64,000 nucleotides of DNA, taken from assembly GCA_016718805.1 (NCBI GenBank), contig JADKCP010000004.1:403652-467651 (forward strand), read 5' to 3'. Shown here piece by piece: positions 29,169 to 39,145 of this stretch; within the stretch, counting starts at the first letter, position 1; every line of letters starts with the position of its first letter. Made by a program: the position numbers and the translations under genes. The stretch comes from Bacteroidota bacterium (lineage in GTDB: Bacteria > Bacteroidota > Bacteroidia > UBA4408). The notes under the pieces were generated by a model. The model ran no database searches. It saw only the letters and a program-made list of their open reading frames with translations, and was not told the origin of the DNA.

Positions 29169-29324
29169 GTTTATTTTTTCGCAAATTTTACAGAGAAATA
29201 CTCGACTAATTTTATTTTATTGTTGGGGTGTGCTAGCATTTTTGGTACTGAATACTGGCTGATAAAATGACTTTTCGCAGGCAATTATTTGTTGCTTATC
29301 TTGCCGCAAAATTGCAGTATTCAA

Positions 29325-29783
29325 ATGTCGCACATAACCATTTATACAGATGGCGCATCACGCGGAAACCCCGGTCCGGGAGGATTTGGTGTGGTGTTGT
29401 TATCCGGTAAGCACCGCAAAGAAATTTCAAAAGGTTACTCCTATACTACCAATAATCGCATGGAGTTGATGAGTGTAATTGTGGGATTGGAGAGTTTAAA
29501 AAATCCCGGTTCATCGGTTGTTATTTATTCCGATTCAAAGTATGTGGTTGATTCGGTTGAGAAGAAATGGGTATTTGGATGGCAAAAGAAAAATTTTAGC
29601 GGCAAAAAAAATCCCGATTTGTGGAAACGTTTTTTGCAGGTTTATGTGCAACACAAGGTAAAATTTATTTGGATAAAAGGTCATAATGAAAACCCGGAAA
29701 ATGAGCGCTGCGATGAGCTTGCAGTTGCTGCTGCCATGGGAGGAAACTTAGAACACGACCACGGGTATGTCCCTGAAAAATAA
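29325..29783 (+). CDS. rnhA: Ribonuclease HI.
   Basis: MSHITIYTDGASRGNPGPGGFGVVLL...TNNRMELMSVIVGLESL. Confidence 0.9.
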   Translation: MSHITIYTDGASRGNPGPGGFGVVLLSGKHRKEISKGYSYTTNNRMELMSVIVGLESLKNPGSSVVIYSDSKYVVDSVEKKWVFGWQKKNFSGKKNPDLWKRFLQVYVQHKVKFIWIKGHNENPENERCDELAVAAAMGGNLEHDHGYVPEK

Positions 29784-29791
29784 ACTGTAGT

Positions 29792-30856
29792 TTACCCCCT
29801 TTCTCTTCGCTGATTTGTTATTTTTAGTGGGTTTGCGACTAAACCAGCCTGTTGCTTTCGTTGATGAAAAAGATCGCATGCTAGGTAAACTGCTTGTCGA
29901 AAGGATGATTCAGATGCTTTGTTTTTACCGGCAATATCATAGCCCGTTCCATGATCGGGTGAGGTACGAATAATTGGAAGTCCGGCCGTAAAATTAACTC
30001 CGCTTTCAAAAGCCATTGCTTTAAATGGTATTAATCCTTGATCGTGGTACATGGCCATTACTCCATCAAATTGATGATACACTTGTGAACCAAAAAAACC
30101 ATCGGCAGCATAAGGGCCTATCGCCATTATTCCTTCCGACTTTAATTTTTCGATGGCAGGAATGATGAGTTTAGTTTCTTCTTCACCTAACAATCCGTTA
30201 TCGCCTGCATGTGGGTTTAATCCCAACACGGCAATTTTAGGTTTACGAATTCCAAAATCCTGAATCAGTGAATTGTTTAGCAATTTTATTTTAGTGTAAA
30301 TTTTTTCAGTGCTTAATGCAGATGCTACCTGATTTAACGGGATGTGGCCGGTAACAGTTCCAATTCGTAAATCGTCACTAACCAACAACATTAAATAGTC
30401 TTTCACATCAAATTTTTCAGCCAAGTATTCTGTATGACCGGGAAATTTAAAGTTGGCGCTTTGTACATTGTTTTTGTTAATAGGAGCAGTAACTAATACA
30501 TCTATTTTACCACTTTTGAGGTCGGCAATTGCTAATTCTAATGAAGCAATGGCTTTTTCACCAGCAAGGTTGGTACTGGTTCCAAGTTCCATTTTTATTT
30601 CTTCATCCCAGCAATTAATCAAATTGGCCATTTTAGGATTTGCTGCATCTGCCTCACGGATAATATTGAAACTAAAATCAGCTATGCCTAAAGCCTTTCG
30701 ATGGAAAGATGCAATGCGTGAGGCGCCATAAACAATAGGAGTACACAGCTGCATCATTCTGTTGTCCATAAACGTTTTAATAATTACTTCCATTCCAATG
30801 CCATTGAAATCGCCCATTGAAATACCCACTTTTACATGATTATCTGATTCTATCAT
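29792..30856 (-). CDS. pdxA: 4-hydroxythreonine-4-phosphate dehydrogenase.
   Basis: ...GHTEYLAEKF...IAVLGLNPHAGDNGLLGEEE...AMYHDQGLIPFKA match PdxA motifs. Confidence 0.85.
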   Translation of the reverse strand: MIESDNHVKVGISMGDFNGIGMEVIIKTFMDNRMMQLCTPIVYGASRIASFHRKALGIADFSFNIIREADAANPKMANLINCWDEEIKMELGTSTNLAGEKAIASLELAIADLKSGKIDVLVTAPINKNNVQSANFKFPGHTEYLAEKFDVKDYLMLLVSDDLRIGTVTGHIPLNQVASALSTEKIYTKIKLLNNSLIQDFGIRKPKIAVLGLNPHAGDNGLLGEEETKLIIPAIEKLKSEGIMAIGPYAADGFFGSQVYHQFDGVMAMYHDQGLIPFKAMAFESGVNFTAGLPIIRTSPDHGTGYDIAGKNKASESSFRQAVYLACDLFHQRKQQAGLVANPLKITNQRRERG

Positions 30857-30869
30857 TTCTTTTCTTGAA

Positions 30870-32810
30870 TTACTTTGTAATAACGATGCGCTTAGTATAT
30901 TGCTTTTGTGCTTGTTTCAAACGAATTAAATACATCCCTTCTGAATAGTTAGATAAATCTATCTGTTTGCCTTCAGCAGCAAGTTCTATTTTTGAATCAC
31001 TATAAATGCGATTCGATAAAGCATCAAAAATTTCAAGAGATTCAATTTGATTTTTCTCCCCATTAAAATAAACCGTAATTAATCCGTTACTTGGATTGGG
31101 CTTTACAACTAATTGAGTTGAATAATTATTTTCCACAATAGAATTAGGTGCATTGAGCGTAAAGTTTACGGTTTTAAAGGCTCCGAAATCTCCAGTATTT
31201 GCAAGGTAAGAAGTTCCCGTTAATCCTTGTATCAAGCGAAAAAAACCATTTCCATTGTAGCAACACATCCCATCACCAAAACTATCATACATGGTAAATG
31301 AATAACATCCATTTGCCAAATAGAATGTATCGCGGTAAATTAAGTTGTTACCTGCATACGGGCCATGCGAATAAAGTATATTTCCTACCACATCCTTTAT
31401 GTCGTAGGAAGATTCATTTCCAGTATTATCGGTACGAACCAGGAGCCTAATTACGTTGGTAGCATAGACGTTTGTAGAATTGAAATTAGCTTTCTGAAAA
31501 TTATCTGTGGGAAATTCATCAGCTAGTCCATTCGGTAAAATTGCGGTGACTTCAATGCTATGTGTTCCGGTAGCTATCGTCAATGCAGGTAATGCAACGC
31601 TGGTGGTGTCTAGAAAAGCTAAATTGCCAGTCCAGGTATAATTTGGTTGAGCAACACCATCCACAGTTATTTGAAATTCAACCGAAGTTAGGGTCGAAGC
31701 ACCATTGTTTTTTATGAGCACTATTGGATTTGTACCACTACAAACCGGATTAGTTCTGCGATAATCGAAAGCACTGTTGGGCTGTTTGATTGCTTGCAGT
31801 TCAACATTGTTGGTATAGGAAGGTGGGTGATAATATACCAATTGGGTTTGTATCCAATATTCAGGTGCATAGCTGCAATTTGGGCCACCGGTATTGGTAT
31901 AAGGTACCATATCGTAATCGATTACGGCGTTTGTGCCAGCAGCCGCTAAGGTGGTAATATTGTAATCGTGCGGACGCACCCAGGCACCCGGACACCAATT
32001 GGCCCGATTGTAAAACCAGGTTCTTATTGCTGTGCCCGACATGGGTTGAGGATACAGCGGATTCGCGCCACAATCGTCGCGCCAGAGATGTTGTTGTAAG
32101 GTGTTTCCATTTACCAGTAGGGTATGTGTAAGGTCTGAAAACTCTGCTACATTCGGATCGGGGTCGCAATTAAAACCGTGACCGGTAGTTACAACCCGCA
32201 ATTTTGTTTGGTTTGCCAGCGAATCGATGGTAACTGATTTGGGTTGTAAATGATTGTCAATGGGGTCGCTGGCATTTCCATATTGAAAAGTACCTGTCCA
32301 CAAATTTTCGATGCTGTAAGCTTCGCGGATTGGATTTCCTTTTATCATGTAGAAATCAGCAGTTACTGACCATCCGTTCGCATAGCCACAAATAATGGTG
32401 CTCATTTTTACTGAATCGTTTAACAAGCTGCGGTAATCGCTCACATCCACCCAAAGTGTAACCCCCATGCCGTAAGGAGTAATCATGCGCATAATTTCGA
32501 AAGGCTCCTTTATTTCAGTTCCGGTGCTATCAAAAATTCCTGTGTTCTTAAATGCTTTTAAAATTCCAATACGGTCGTAAGGGTCGCAACCAATTCCAAC
32601 CGGACAGGTTAATTTATAATTGAGCATTATTTTCTCATACTTATTGGTATCGGCAGGAAATAAAAATGTTTGAACTATGGTATTGCAATTTTGATGAACC
32701 GCATTCGAAAATGTGTGCACAACAAGCGTGTCGCCGGGATTGGCCTTGGAGGCAAGTAAGCTCAGCAAGCAAGCACACAGTGTAAGTAAACCATTTTTAC
32801 TATAGACCAT
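30870..32810 (-). CDS. Secreted protein with a T9SS type-A C-terminal sorting domain. The N-terminal domain is unassigned.
   Basis: Signal peptide. The C-terminal ~80 aa (...LVVKPNPSNGLITVYF...EGMYLIRLKQAQKQYTKRIVITK) is Por_Secre_tail-like. Confidence 0.65.
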   Translation of the reverse strand: MVYSKNGLLTLCACLLSLLASKANPGDTLVVHTFSNAVHQNCNTIVQTFLFPADTNKYEKIMLNYKLTCPVGIGCDPYDRIGILKAFKNTGIFDSTGTEIKEPFEIMRMITPYGMGVTLWVDVSDYRSLLNDSVKMSTIICGYANGWSVTADFYMIKGNPIREAYSIENLWTGTFQYGNASDPIDNHLQPKSVTIDSLANQTKLRVVTTGHGFNCDPDPNVAEFSDLTHTLLVNGNTLQQHLWRDDCGANPLYPQPMSGTAIRTWFYNRANWCPGAWVRPHDYNITTLAAAGTNAVIDYDMVPYTNTGGPNCSYAPEYWIQTQLVYYHPPSYTNNVELQAIKQPNSAFDYRRTNPVCSGTNPIVLIKNNGASTLTSVEFQITVDGVAQPNYTWTGNLAFLDTTSVALPALTIATGTHSIEVTAILPNGLADEFPTDNFQKANFNSTNVYATNVIRLLVRTDNTGNESSYDIKDVVGNILYSHGPYAGNNLIYRDTFYLANGCYSFTMYDSFGDGMCCYNGNGFFRLIQGLTGTSYLANTGDFGAFKTVNFTLNAPNSIVENNYSTQLVVKPNPSNGLITVYFNGEKNQIESLEIFDALSNRIYSDSKIELAAEGKQIDLSNYSEGMYLIRLKQAQKQYTKRIVITK

Positions 32811-32875
32811 ATTAATTAAATTGAATTTATTTTTACTACTTCAAACGATATAAAAGCCTTGCAAAGTTAACTAGA

Positions 32876-34675
32876 TTAATAAATTTCAACTGCATATTCC
32901 ATGCGCATTTGAACTGTGTTATTTGCTTTCGCAAATGAGCGCAATTGCTGCAAGTAGTTGTAGCTTTGACCCAATTCTTTTTTAATCACTTTTGTTTCTA
33001 CATCTCCTGAAATGTCGTTTACCAATTGTTCCAGTGCATCTTTTTGTTTGGGCAAATTATAAATTCGGTACTCCTTTATTTTAGCCAATTTCGCTGCTGA
33101 AGCAATTGCACTTTCAAGTCCACCCAATTCATCAATTAATCCTAATCGCAATGCATCAACTCCACTCCAAACACGTCCTTGGCCCATACTATCAATTTCT
33201 GCTTTTGTTTTGTGACGCCCTTCGGCTACTTTTCCGATAAAATCATCGTATATTTTTTCAACTGATTTTTGCATAAAAGCTTTTTCTTCGGCACTACTTG
33301 GTCGAAGGGCAGTGCCTGCGTCAGCATGATAGTTAGTTTTTACGGTATCGATGGTAATACCCAATTTATTGTTGAGCAGTTTTTGAGCATTCATCATTAC
33401 ACCAAATACTCCAATAGATCCGGTAATGGTTGTTGGGCTAGCAATAATTTTATCGGCAGCACAACTAATGTAATAACCGCCCGAGGCAGCTAAATCGCCC
33501 ATGGAAACAACAAGCGGTTTTTGCTTTTTAGCAAGCACGGTTTCACGCCAAATAACATCGCTTGCTAATGCGCTTCCACCTGGTGAATTCACACGTAAAA
33601 CAATTGCTTTTACTTTGGAATCATTTCGTGCTTCTCGAATGGCAGCGGCCAATTTTTCTGAACCGATAGTTTTTTCATCTCCTTCTCCACTTTCAATATC
33701 GCCTTGAGCAAAAATAACAGCAATTTTATCCATGCTTAATCTTTCGTGCGCTGAATCTGCTACCTTGTGGTATTTAGACAAAGAAACCAATGACACTTTA
33801 TCATCTGGCTTTTGTTTCAATCGTTTATTTAATTCAAGTTGTACTTCATCATCATACATTAGCTTGTCGATTAATTTCGCCGTAACAGCATCTTCTGCAC
33901 TATTAACAGTCATGTTATTTGCAAGCGCATTGAGCTGATCAATTTCTATTTTGCGTTGCTTCATAATTCCTTGTAGTAAGTGGTTCCAAATTGAACCGAT
34001 GAATGCTTTGGTTTGAATGCGATTAGCGTCGCTCATTTTATCTAAAATAAAAGGTTCTATTGCACTTTTAAATTTTCCGTGACGAATTATTTCAGGTTCC
34101 ACTTCAAGTTTTTCGAGCATTCCTTTGAAAAAAAGCAGCTGGGCACTTAGGCCTTTCCAGTCCATATCACCAGCGGGATTGAGATAAATGGCATCCGCTA
34201 CAGTTGCAAGGTAATACGCTTTTTGAGTGTAGTGTTCGCTGTAACTGATTATAAACTTATTAGAACTTTTAAAATCAAGAAGGGCATTTCTAATTTCCTC
34301 AACTGTAGCAATACCAGCAGGTATAGCGGATAATTGTAAATAAATACCTTTTATATTGTTGTCGTTTTTCGCCTTTTGAATATCCTTCAAAATCTCATTT
34401 AAGCCATTTTGATGATTCGATTTGAGTGAGGAGAAATTAAAATTATCAAAAGGATTTTTCGATGCTCGGTCCATTATTTCATCATCGAGTTTAAGCACCA
34501 GTACAGAGTTTTCCGAGATTTTAAACACTTCATCTTCACTCGATTTAAGCATCGTACTAATTCCTGCAATTAGTAGTGCAGCAACAATAAAAAAACAAAT
34601 TAAAAAGCCAAGCATGGAGGCAAACATGAACTTAAAAAACTGTCGCATTGAAAAATAGTTAAGGGTTAATTTCAA
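32876..34675 (-). CDS. sppA: Signal peptide peptidase SppA (67K type).
   Basis: 599 aa with two S49 repeats and VLRVNSPGGSALASDVIWRE. The start may be at the second Met. Confidence 0.85.
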   Translation of the reverse strand: MKLTLNYFSMRQFFKFMFASMLGFLICFFIVAALLIAGISTMLKSSEDEVFKISENSVLVLKLDDEIMDRASKNPFDNFNFSSLKSNHQNGLNEILKDIQKAKNDNNIKGIYLQLSAIPAGIATVEEIRNALLDFKSSNKFIISYSEHYTQKAYYLATVADAIYLNPAGDMDWKGLSAQLLFFKGMLEKLEVEPEIIRHGKFKSAIEPFILDKMSDANRIQTKAFIGSIWNHLLQGIMKQRKIEIDQLNALANNMTVNSAEDAVTAKLIDKLMYDDEVQLELNKRLKQKPDDKVSLVSLSKYHKVADSAHERLSMDKIAVIFAQGDIESGEGDEKTIGSEKLAAAIREARNDSKVKAIVLRVNSPGGSALASDVIWRETVLAKKQKPLVVSMGDLAASGGYYISCAADKIIASPTTITGSIGVFGVMMNAQKLLNNKLGITIDTVKTNYHADAGTALRPSSAEEKAFMQKSVEKIYDDFIGKVAEGRHKTKAEIDSMGQGRVWSGVDALRLGLIDELGGLESAIASAAKLAKIKEYRIYNLPKQKDALEQLVNDISGDVETKVIKKELGQSYNYLQQLRSFAKANNTVQMRMEYAVEIY

Positions 34676-34865
34676 TTAAAAGAAACAAGCGCGATTTGTT
34701 ATTGTTGTAAACTCGACAAAATAAAAGGATTCGTGCAAGATTTACCTAACAAATTTAGGCGCTGCAAAATAGGCATTACTATTAGTTTATACAAATAGAG
34801 AAGCGATTCTAAAGCAAAAATAAGTACCTAAATTTTTTGTTGCAAGGAGTGGGAAACAGAATGAG

Positions 34866-34941
34866 AAACAGAATGAGAATGAGAGGGAGAAACATAATAA
34901 GAAGGGTCGCTCTTCGCTCTCATTCTCATTCTCATTCTGTT
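34866..34941 (-). terminator. Long hairpin terminator closing the transcription unit of tRNA-Ala plus the repeat array on the minus strand.
   Basis: About 20-bp inverted repeat AAACAGAATGAGAATGAGAG ... CTCTCATTCTCATTCTGTTT with a ~35-nt loop. On the minus strand it is followed by a T-rich tract. It shares the GAGAATGAGAATGAG motif with the hairpin at 6290-6357. Confidence 0.55.
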
Positions 34942-34943
34942 TA

Positions 34944-35591
34944 GTGGAGAATACCGGATTCGAACCGGTCACCTTCCCGATGGATCGGGACGCTCTTGCT
35001 TTTTTTTTGTGGAGAATACCGGATTCGAACCGGTCACCTTCCCGATGGATCGGGACGCTCTTGCTTTTTTTGTGGAGAATACCGGATTCGAACCGGTCAC
35101 CTTCCCGATAGATCGGGACGCTCTTGCTTTTTTTTTTTTGTGGAGAATACCGGATTCGAACCGGTCACCTTCCCGATGGATCGGGACGCTCTTGCTTTTT
35201 TTTGTGGAGAATACCGGATTCGAACCGGTCACCTTCCCGATAGATCGGGACGCTCTTGCTTTTTTTTGTGGAGAATACCTGATTCGAACCGGTCACCTTC
35301 CCGATAGATCGGGACGCTCTTGCTTTTTTTTTGTGGAGAATACCGGATTCGAACCGGTCACCTTCCCGATGGATCGGGACGCTCTTGCTTTTTTTTTGTG
35401 GAGAATACCGGATTCGAACCGGTCACCTTCCCGATAGATCGGGACGCTCTTGCTTTTTTTTTGTGGAGAATACCGGATTCGAACCGGTCACCTTCCCGAT
35501 AGATCGGGACGCTCTTGCTTTTTTTTGTGGAGAATACCGGATTCGAACCGGTCACCTTCCCGATAGATCGGGACGCTCTTGCTTTTTTTTT
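34944..35591 (-). repeat. Tandem array of 10 units, each 63-68 bp. Each unit is the 3'-terminal ~31 nt of tRNA-Ala (variable loop, T arm, acceptor 3' strand and CA) plus a 34-nt flank containing the palindrome CCCGAT(G/A)GATCGGG and an A8-13 tract. Coordinates are given on the tRNA strand.
   Basis: On the plus strand each unit reads GTGGAGAATACCGGATTCGAACCGGTCACCTTCCCGAT(G/A)GATCGGGACGCTCTTGC(T)7-12. Units start at 34944, 35009, 35072, 35140, 35204, 35268, 35333, 35398, 35463 and 35527. Unit 6 carries a G-to-T change (CCTGATTC). Confidence 0.9.
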
Positions 35592-35592
35592 G

Positions 35593-35666
35593 TGGAGAAT
35601 ACCGGATTCGAACCGGTCACCTCTTGCCTGCCAGGCAAGCGCTCTAGCCAAATGAGCTAATTCCCC
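35593..35666 (-). tRNA. tRNA-Ala (anticodon GGC).
   Basis: The reverse complement reads GGGGAATTAGCTCATTTGGCTAGAGCGCTTGCCTGGCAGGCAAGAGGTGACCGGTTCGAATCCGGTATTCTCCA. It has the G3:U70 Ala identity pair, anticodon loop CTGGCAG and discriminator A. Confidence 0.9.
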
Positions 35667-35781
35667 AAGTAATGCGGACTGCGAAAATAGAAAATCTTTT
35701 TATTCGGACTAATTAATTGCAGTAATTTTTTATTTTTGGGAAAGCCTTATAAAGCTTTATATTTACTCATCAAATATACTT

Positions 35782-38685
35782 ATGCAAGCTTGCGTTTTAC
35801 GCCCTTTAATTTTTTTATTACTTTTAGTTTTTCAGTATAAAAGCCACGCTACACATATAGTTGGAGGAGTTTTAAATTATCGGTATTTGGGGAATAGCAA
35901 TTATGAAATTCATCTTACCGTATTTAGAGACTGCAGCCCTAGTGTAACCACACCTTTTGATAATCCGGCAAGAGTTGGAATATTTGATGGAGCCAATAAT
36001 TTTATCAACGATATTTTAATTCCAATATCTCCAATTGATACCTTGGCTCCTTCAATTAATAGTCCTTGCCTGACTCCGCCCTCTATTTGTTATGAACGCG
36101 CTCAGTATTTTGATACCATTAATTTACCACCAACTAATTTAGGGTATCAATTGGCCTATCAGCGTTGTTGCCGCAATGGGACTATACAAAACATAGTAAC
36201 GCCTTTGCAAATTGGAGCAACATATTATGCAAGTTTACCAAGCAATACAATTGCTTTTTCAAACTCAAATCCAACCTTTACGAATTTACCTCCGCTTTTT
36301 TTGTGCTTAAATTATCCTTACACGTTTGATCATTCGGCAACAGATTTGGATAGCGATTCATTGGTGTATAGTTTATATACTCCTCTTGAAGGAGGTTCGC
36401 AAGGATCCCCTTCTCCCAATCCTACCAATCCCCCACCCTACTTTCCACTATCGTTTCAGCCACCCTATAATCTTTCAAATGTTATGGGAGGTGTGCCTTT
36501 GACTATCAATCCGCAAACGGGTTCGCTAACAGTAACCCCAAATACACAAGGGCAATTTGTAGTAGGTGTTCAAGTGGCTGAATACCGCAATGGTTTTTAT
36601 TTAGGAGCTACCAAAAGAGATGTGCAATTTAATGTAGTGCCATGCCCTAATTTAATTGTCTCTGAAATTGTAATTCCAGTACCCAGTTTGCAAGCAATTG
36701 TAGCTTGTGGAAGCAATACAGTGCAGTTTAACAACAATAGTTTTGGAGCAGTAAACTATAAGTGGAATTTTGGTGATCCTACAACAATAAGCGACACCTC
36801 TTTATTGTTTCAACCCAGCTATACTTATCCCGGTCCCGGTACATATCAATCCTACTTAGTAGCTTTTAGTTCGAATCCAAATTGTAACGATACCAGCTTT
36901 GCTACGGTAAAAGTTTACCCTCCTTTTACTGCTGATTTTACAAGCAATTTTAATCCTTGTACACGAACTGTTAGCCTAACTGATTTAACAACCTTTCCGG
37001 GTCACCCTATTACTAGCCGTTCCTGGAATTTTGGAGATGGTAGTACTTCAACATTGCAAAACCCAACGCATACCTATGCAAACCCGGGAACTTATACCAT
37101 AACTATGCAGTCGGCTTCTAATTTGGGTTGTTCAGGTAGCAAAAGTATAACGATTACCGTTCCATCGGTAAATACACTAAGCGTTGCCGGTTCAACTTCC
37201 ATATGTTTAGGCGATAGTACACAGATTTCTGTAAGTGGTGGTTTCGATTATTCGTGGTTTCCGACGATTAGCCTTAGCAACCCTACTAGTGCTAACCCTA
37301 TTGCATTTCCAAGTAGTACTACTACTTATTCTGTTTTAGGAAAAGTACTTACGAGTACAGGTGATACATGTAGCGCCAACCAATCGGTTACTGTTACGGT
37401 GAATGCTTTAGCACAGGCAGCAGCATCTGTTAATCCAATAAGTTGTGGCAAAAAAACGATTCCTTTCACTAATACATCGCTTAATGCACTAAGTTATGCT
37501 TGGAATTTTGGAGACCCCAGTTCTACAAGCAATACATCCCTGCAAACAAATCCTGTACATCTGTATTCAGATACCGGAATTTTTCAGATTCGCTTAGTTG
37601 CTTATACGCAAGCGGGACAACAAGGATGTACCGATACAACCTATACTAGTTTGCATATTTACCCACCAATAATTGCCGGTTTTGATTATGAAGTAGAAAG
37701 CTGCAGCAATACTGTTAGCTTTTATGACAGCACCGCTGATGCTTTTTCGCATCCTTCAAATTGGGTATGGGATTTTGGTGATGGGCAATTTTCATTTCTT
37801 CAAAATCCGATACATGTGTATGCGAGTTTTGGGAATTTTAATGCGAGTTTAATTGCAAGTACATGGGTAGGATGTAAAGATACGCTGATTGTTCCCATTA
37901 ATTTAACTGCTTTGGCTGCTGCAGTTGGCCCAAATGATACCAGTTTGTGTGACGGTAATCCGGTAGAAATTTCGGCCTCCGGAGGTATCGCGTATTTATG
38001 GACACCGGCAATTGGATTAAGCAGTGACACTGTTGCCAACCCAACTGTTACAATTAATCAAACTACCACCTATACTGTTGCAATTACAGCAATTGCGGCC
38101 GATGGAGATACTTGTATTATTTCAAAAAATGTAACAGTATTTGTCCCTTCCGGTCAATTACCCGCCTTAACAGCAACAGTTGATAAAGATACTATTTATG
38201 CAGGTGAAAGCACTATACTGCATGCTATCCCCGATCAATCAAATTTATTCTACAATTGGACTCCGGCATCCTGGTTAAATAGCGCAGCAATTGCAAATCC
38301 TGTTGCTACACCTCTTGAAACAATCACTTACCAAGTTGTACTATCCGATTCATTTGAATGTGTGCGTAATGCCGATGTTAAAATTGTAGTGATTCAATTG
38401 AGTTGTGGCGAGAGTGAAGTGTTTATTCCCAATTCATTTACGCCCAATAACGATGGCGAAAACGATATTTTATTTGTACGCGGAAATCAAATTAAAGAAT
38501 TGTATTTTATCGTTTACAATCGCTGGGGTGAAAAAGTATTTGAAACTAATAATCCCAAAAGTGGTTGGGATGGAATTTACAAAGGAGTTATTTCAGAACC
38601 GGGAGTATTTGCCTACTATGCGCGTATTATCTGTTTAAATAATGATGAATTAATTAAGCAGGGAAATGTAACTCTATTACGCTAA
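35782..38685 (+). CDS. Cell-surface protein with PKD repeats and a T9SS type-B (gliding-motility-associated, CHU_C-like) C-terminal domain.
   Basis: Signal peptide. Several WNFGDG/WNFGDP PKD motifs. The C-terminus ...VFIPNSFTPNNDGENDILFVRGNQIKELYFIVYNRWGEKVFE...GWDGIYKG is typical of type-B CTDs. Confidence 0.8.
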   Translation: MQACVLRPLIFLLLLVFQYKSHATHIVGGVLNYRYLGNSNYEIHLTVFRDCSPSVTTPFDNPARVGIFDGANNFINDILIPISPIDTLAPSINSPCLTPPSICYERAQYFDTINLPPTNLGYQLAYQRCCRNGTIQNIVTPLQIGATYYASLPSNTIAFSNSNPTFTNLPPLFLCLNYPYTFDHSATDLDSDSLVYSLYTPLEGGSQGSPSPNPTNPPPYFPLSFQPPYNLSNVMGGVPLTINPQTGSLTVTPNTQGQFVVGVQVAEYRNGFYLGATKRDVQFNVVPCPNLIVSEIVIPVPSLQAIVACGSNTVQFNNNSFGAVNYKWNFGDPTTISDTSLLFQPSYTYPGPGTYQSYLVAFSSNPNCNDTSFATVKVYPPFTADFTSNFNPCTRTVSLTDLTTFPGHPITSRSWNFGDGSTSTLQNPTHTYANPGTYTITMQSASNLGCSGSKSITITVPSVNTLSVAGSTSICLGDSTQISVSGGFDYSWFPTISLSNPTSANPIAFPSSTTTYSVLGKVLTSTGDTCSANQSVTVTVNALAQAAASVNPISCGKKTIPFTNTSLNALSYAWNFGDPSSTSNTSLQTNPVHLYSDTGIFQIRLVAYTQAGQQGCTDTTYTSLHIYPPIIAGFDYEVESCSNTVSFYDSTADAFSHPSNWVWDFGDGQFSFLQNPIHVYASFGNFNASLIASTWVGCKDTLIVPINLTALAAAVGPNDTSLCDGNPVEISASGGIAYLWTPAIGLSSDTVANPTVTINQTTTYTVAITAIAADGDTCIISKNVTVFVPSGQLPALTATVDKDTIYAGESTILHAIPDQSNLFYNWTPASWLNSAAIANPVATPLETITYQVVLSDSFECVRNADVKIVVIQLSCGESEVFIPNSFTPNNDGENDILFVRGNQIKELYFIVYNRWGEKVFETNNPKSGWDGIYKGVISEPGVFAYYARIICLNNDELIKQGNVTLLR

Positions 38686-38721
38686 GTGGGATTTACATTC
38701 ATACTGTTTTAAAATACAGCA

Positions 38722-39096
38722 ATGAAAAAAACACTTTTACCTATTTTACTTGCAAGTGTTTGGATCAGCATTTCCGAATTTTTTAGAAATAGTCTACTGC
38801 TACATGAGCATTGGGTTGTTCATTATCAAAAACGAGGAATACTATTTCCTGAAAGCCCAGTAAATGGTATAATTTGGGGTATATGGTCAATTTGTTTTGC
38901 TTGTGTGATTTTTATGTTGAGTAAAAAATATTCGCTCCTTCAAACCACGCTTTTTTCATGGTTTATTGGTTTTGGATTAATGTGGATAGTACTGGCAAAT
39001 TTGAGCGTATTACCCTTTGCAATTTTGCCACTTGCTATACCCTTAAGTGTTTTTGAATCATTTGTTGCAAGCTATTGTATGTATAAATTTAAATAA
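38722..39096 (+). CDS. Hypothetical small integral membrane protein.
   Basis: 124 aa with 3-4 hydrophobic helices. Confidence 0.4.
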   Translation: MKKTLLPILLASVWISISEFFRNSLLLHEHWVVHYQKRGILFPESPVNGIIWGIWSICFACVIFMLSKKYSLLQTTLFSWFIGFGLMWIVLANLSVLPFAILPLAIPLSVFESFVASYCMYKFK

Positions 39097-39145
39097 GCTT
39101 CATCCAAGTATCCGCTTCAATAAGTTAAAACTTGAGAACCAATTT

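Noticed and set aside
34944-35591. CRISPR array interpretation of the tandem repeats.
   Set aside because: The sequences between repeats are identical, so there are no variable spacers. The repeat is a tRNA 3' segment, and no cas genes are nearby.
34787-35660. Multiple overlapping ORFs on both strands (60-142 aa, with repetitive translations such as ENTGFEPVTFPMDRDALAFF) across the repeat array.
   Set aside because: They are produced purely by the 65-bp periodicity of the tRNA-fragment array. They show no start context and their frames shift with the poly-T length differences.
35593-35666. A genomic island or prophage integrated at tRNA-Ala, or at tRNA-CAT (6360-6433).
   Set aside because: No integrase, recombinase or phage genes flank either tRNA. 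The neighbouring genes are ordinary chromosomal genes.
39047-39145. Longer N-terminus for the YyaL-like gene (ORF start 39047).
   Set aside because: That start would overlap the upstream membrane-protein gene by 50 nt and prepend non-conserved residues. The ATG at 39146 begins the conserved DUF255 sequence.
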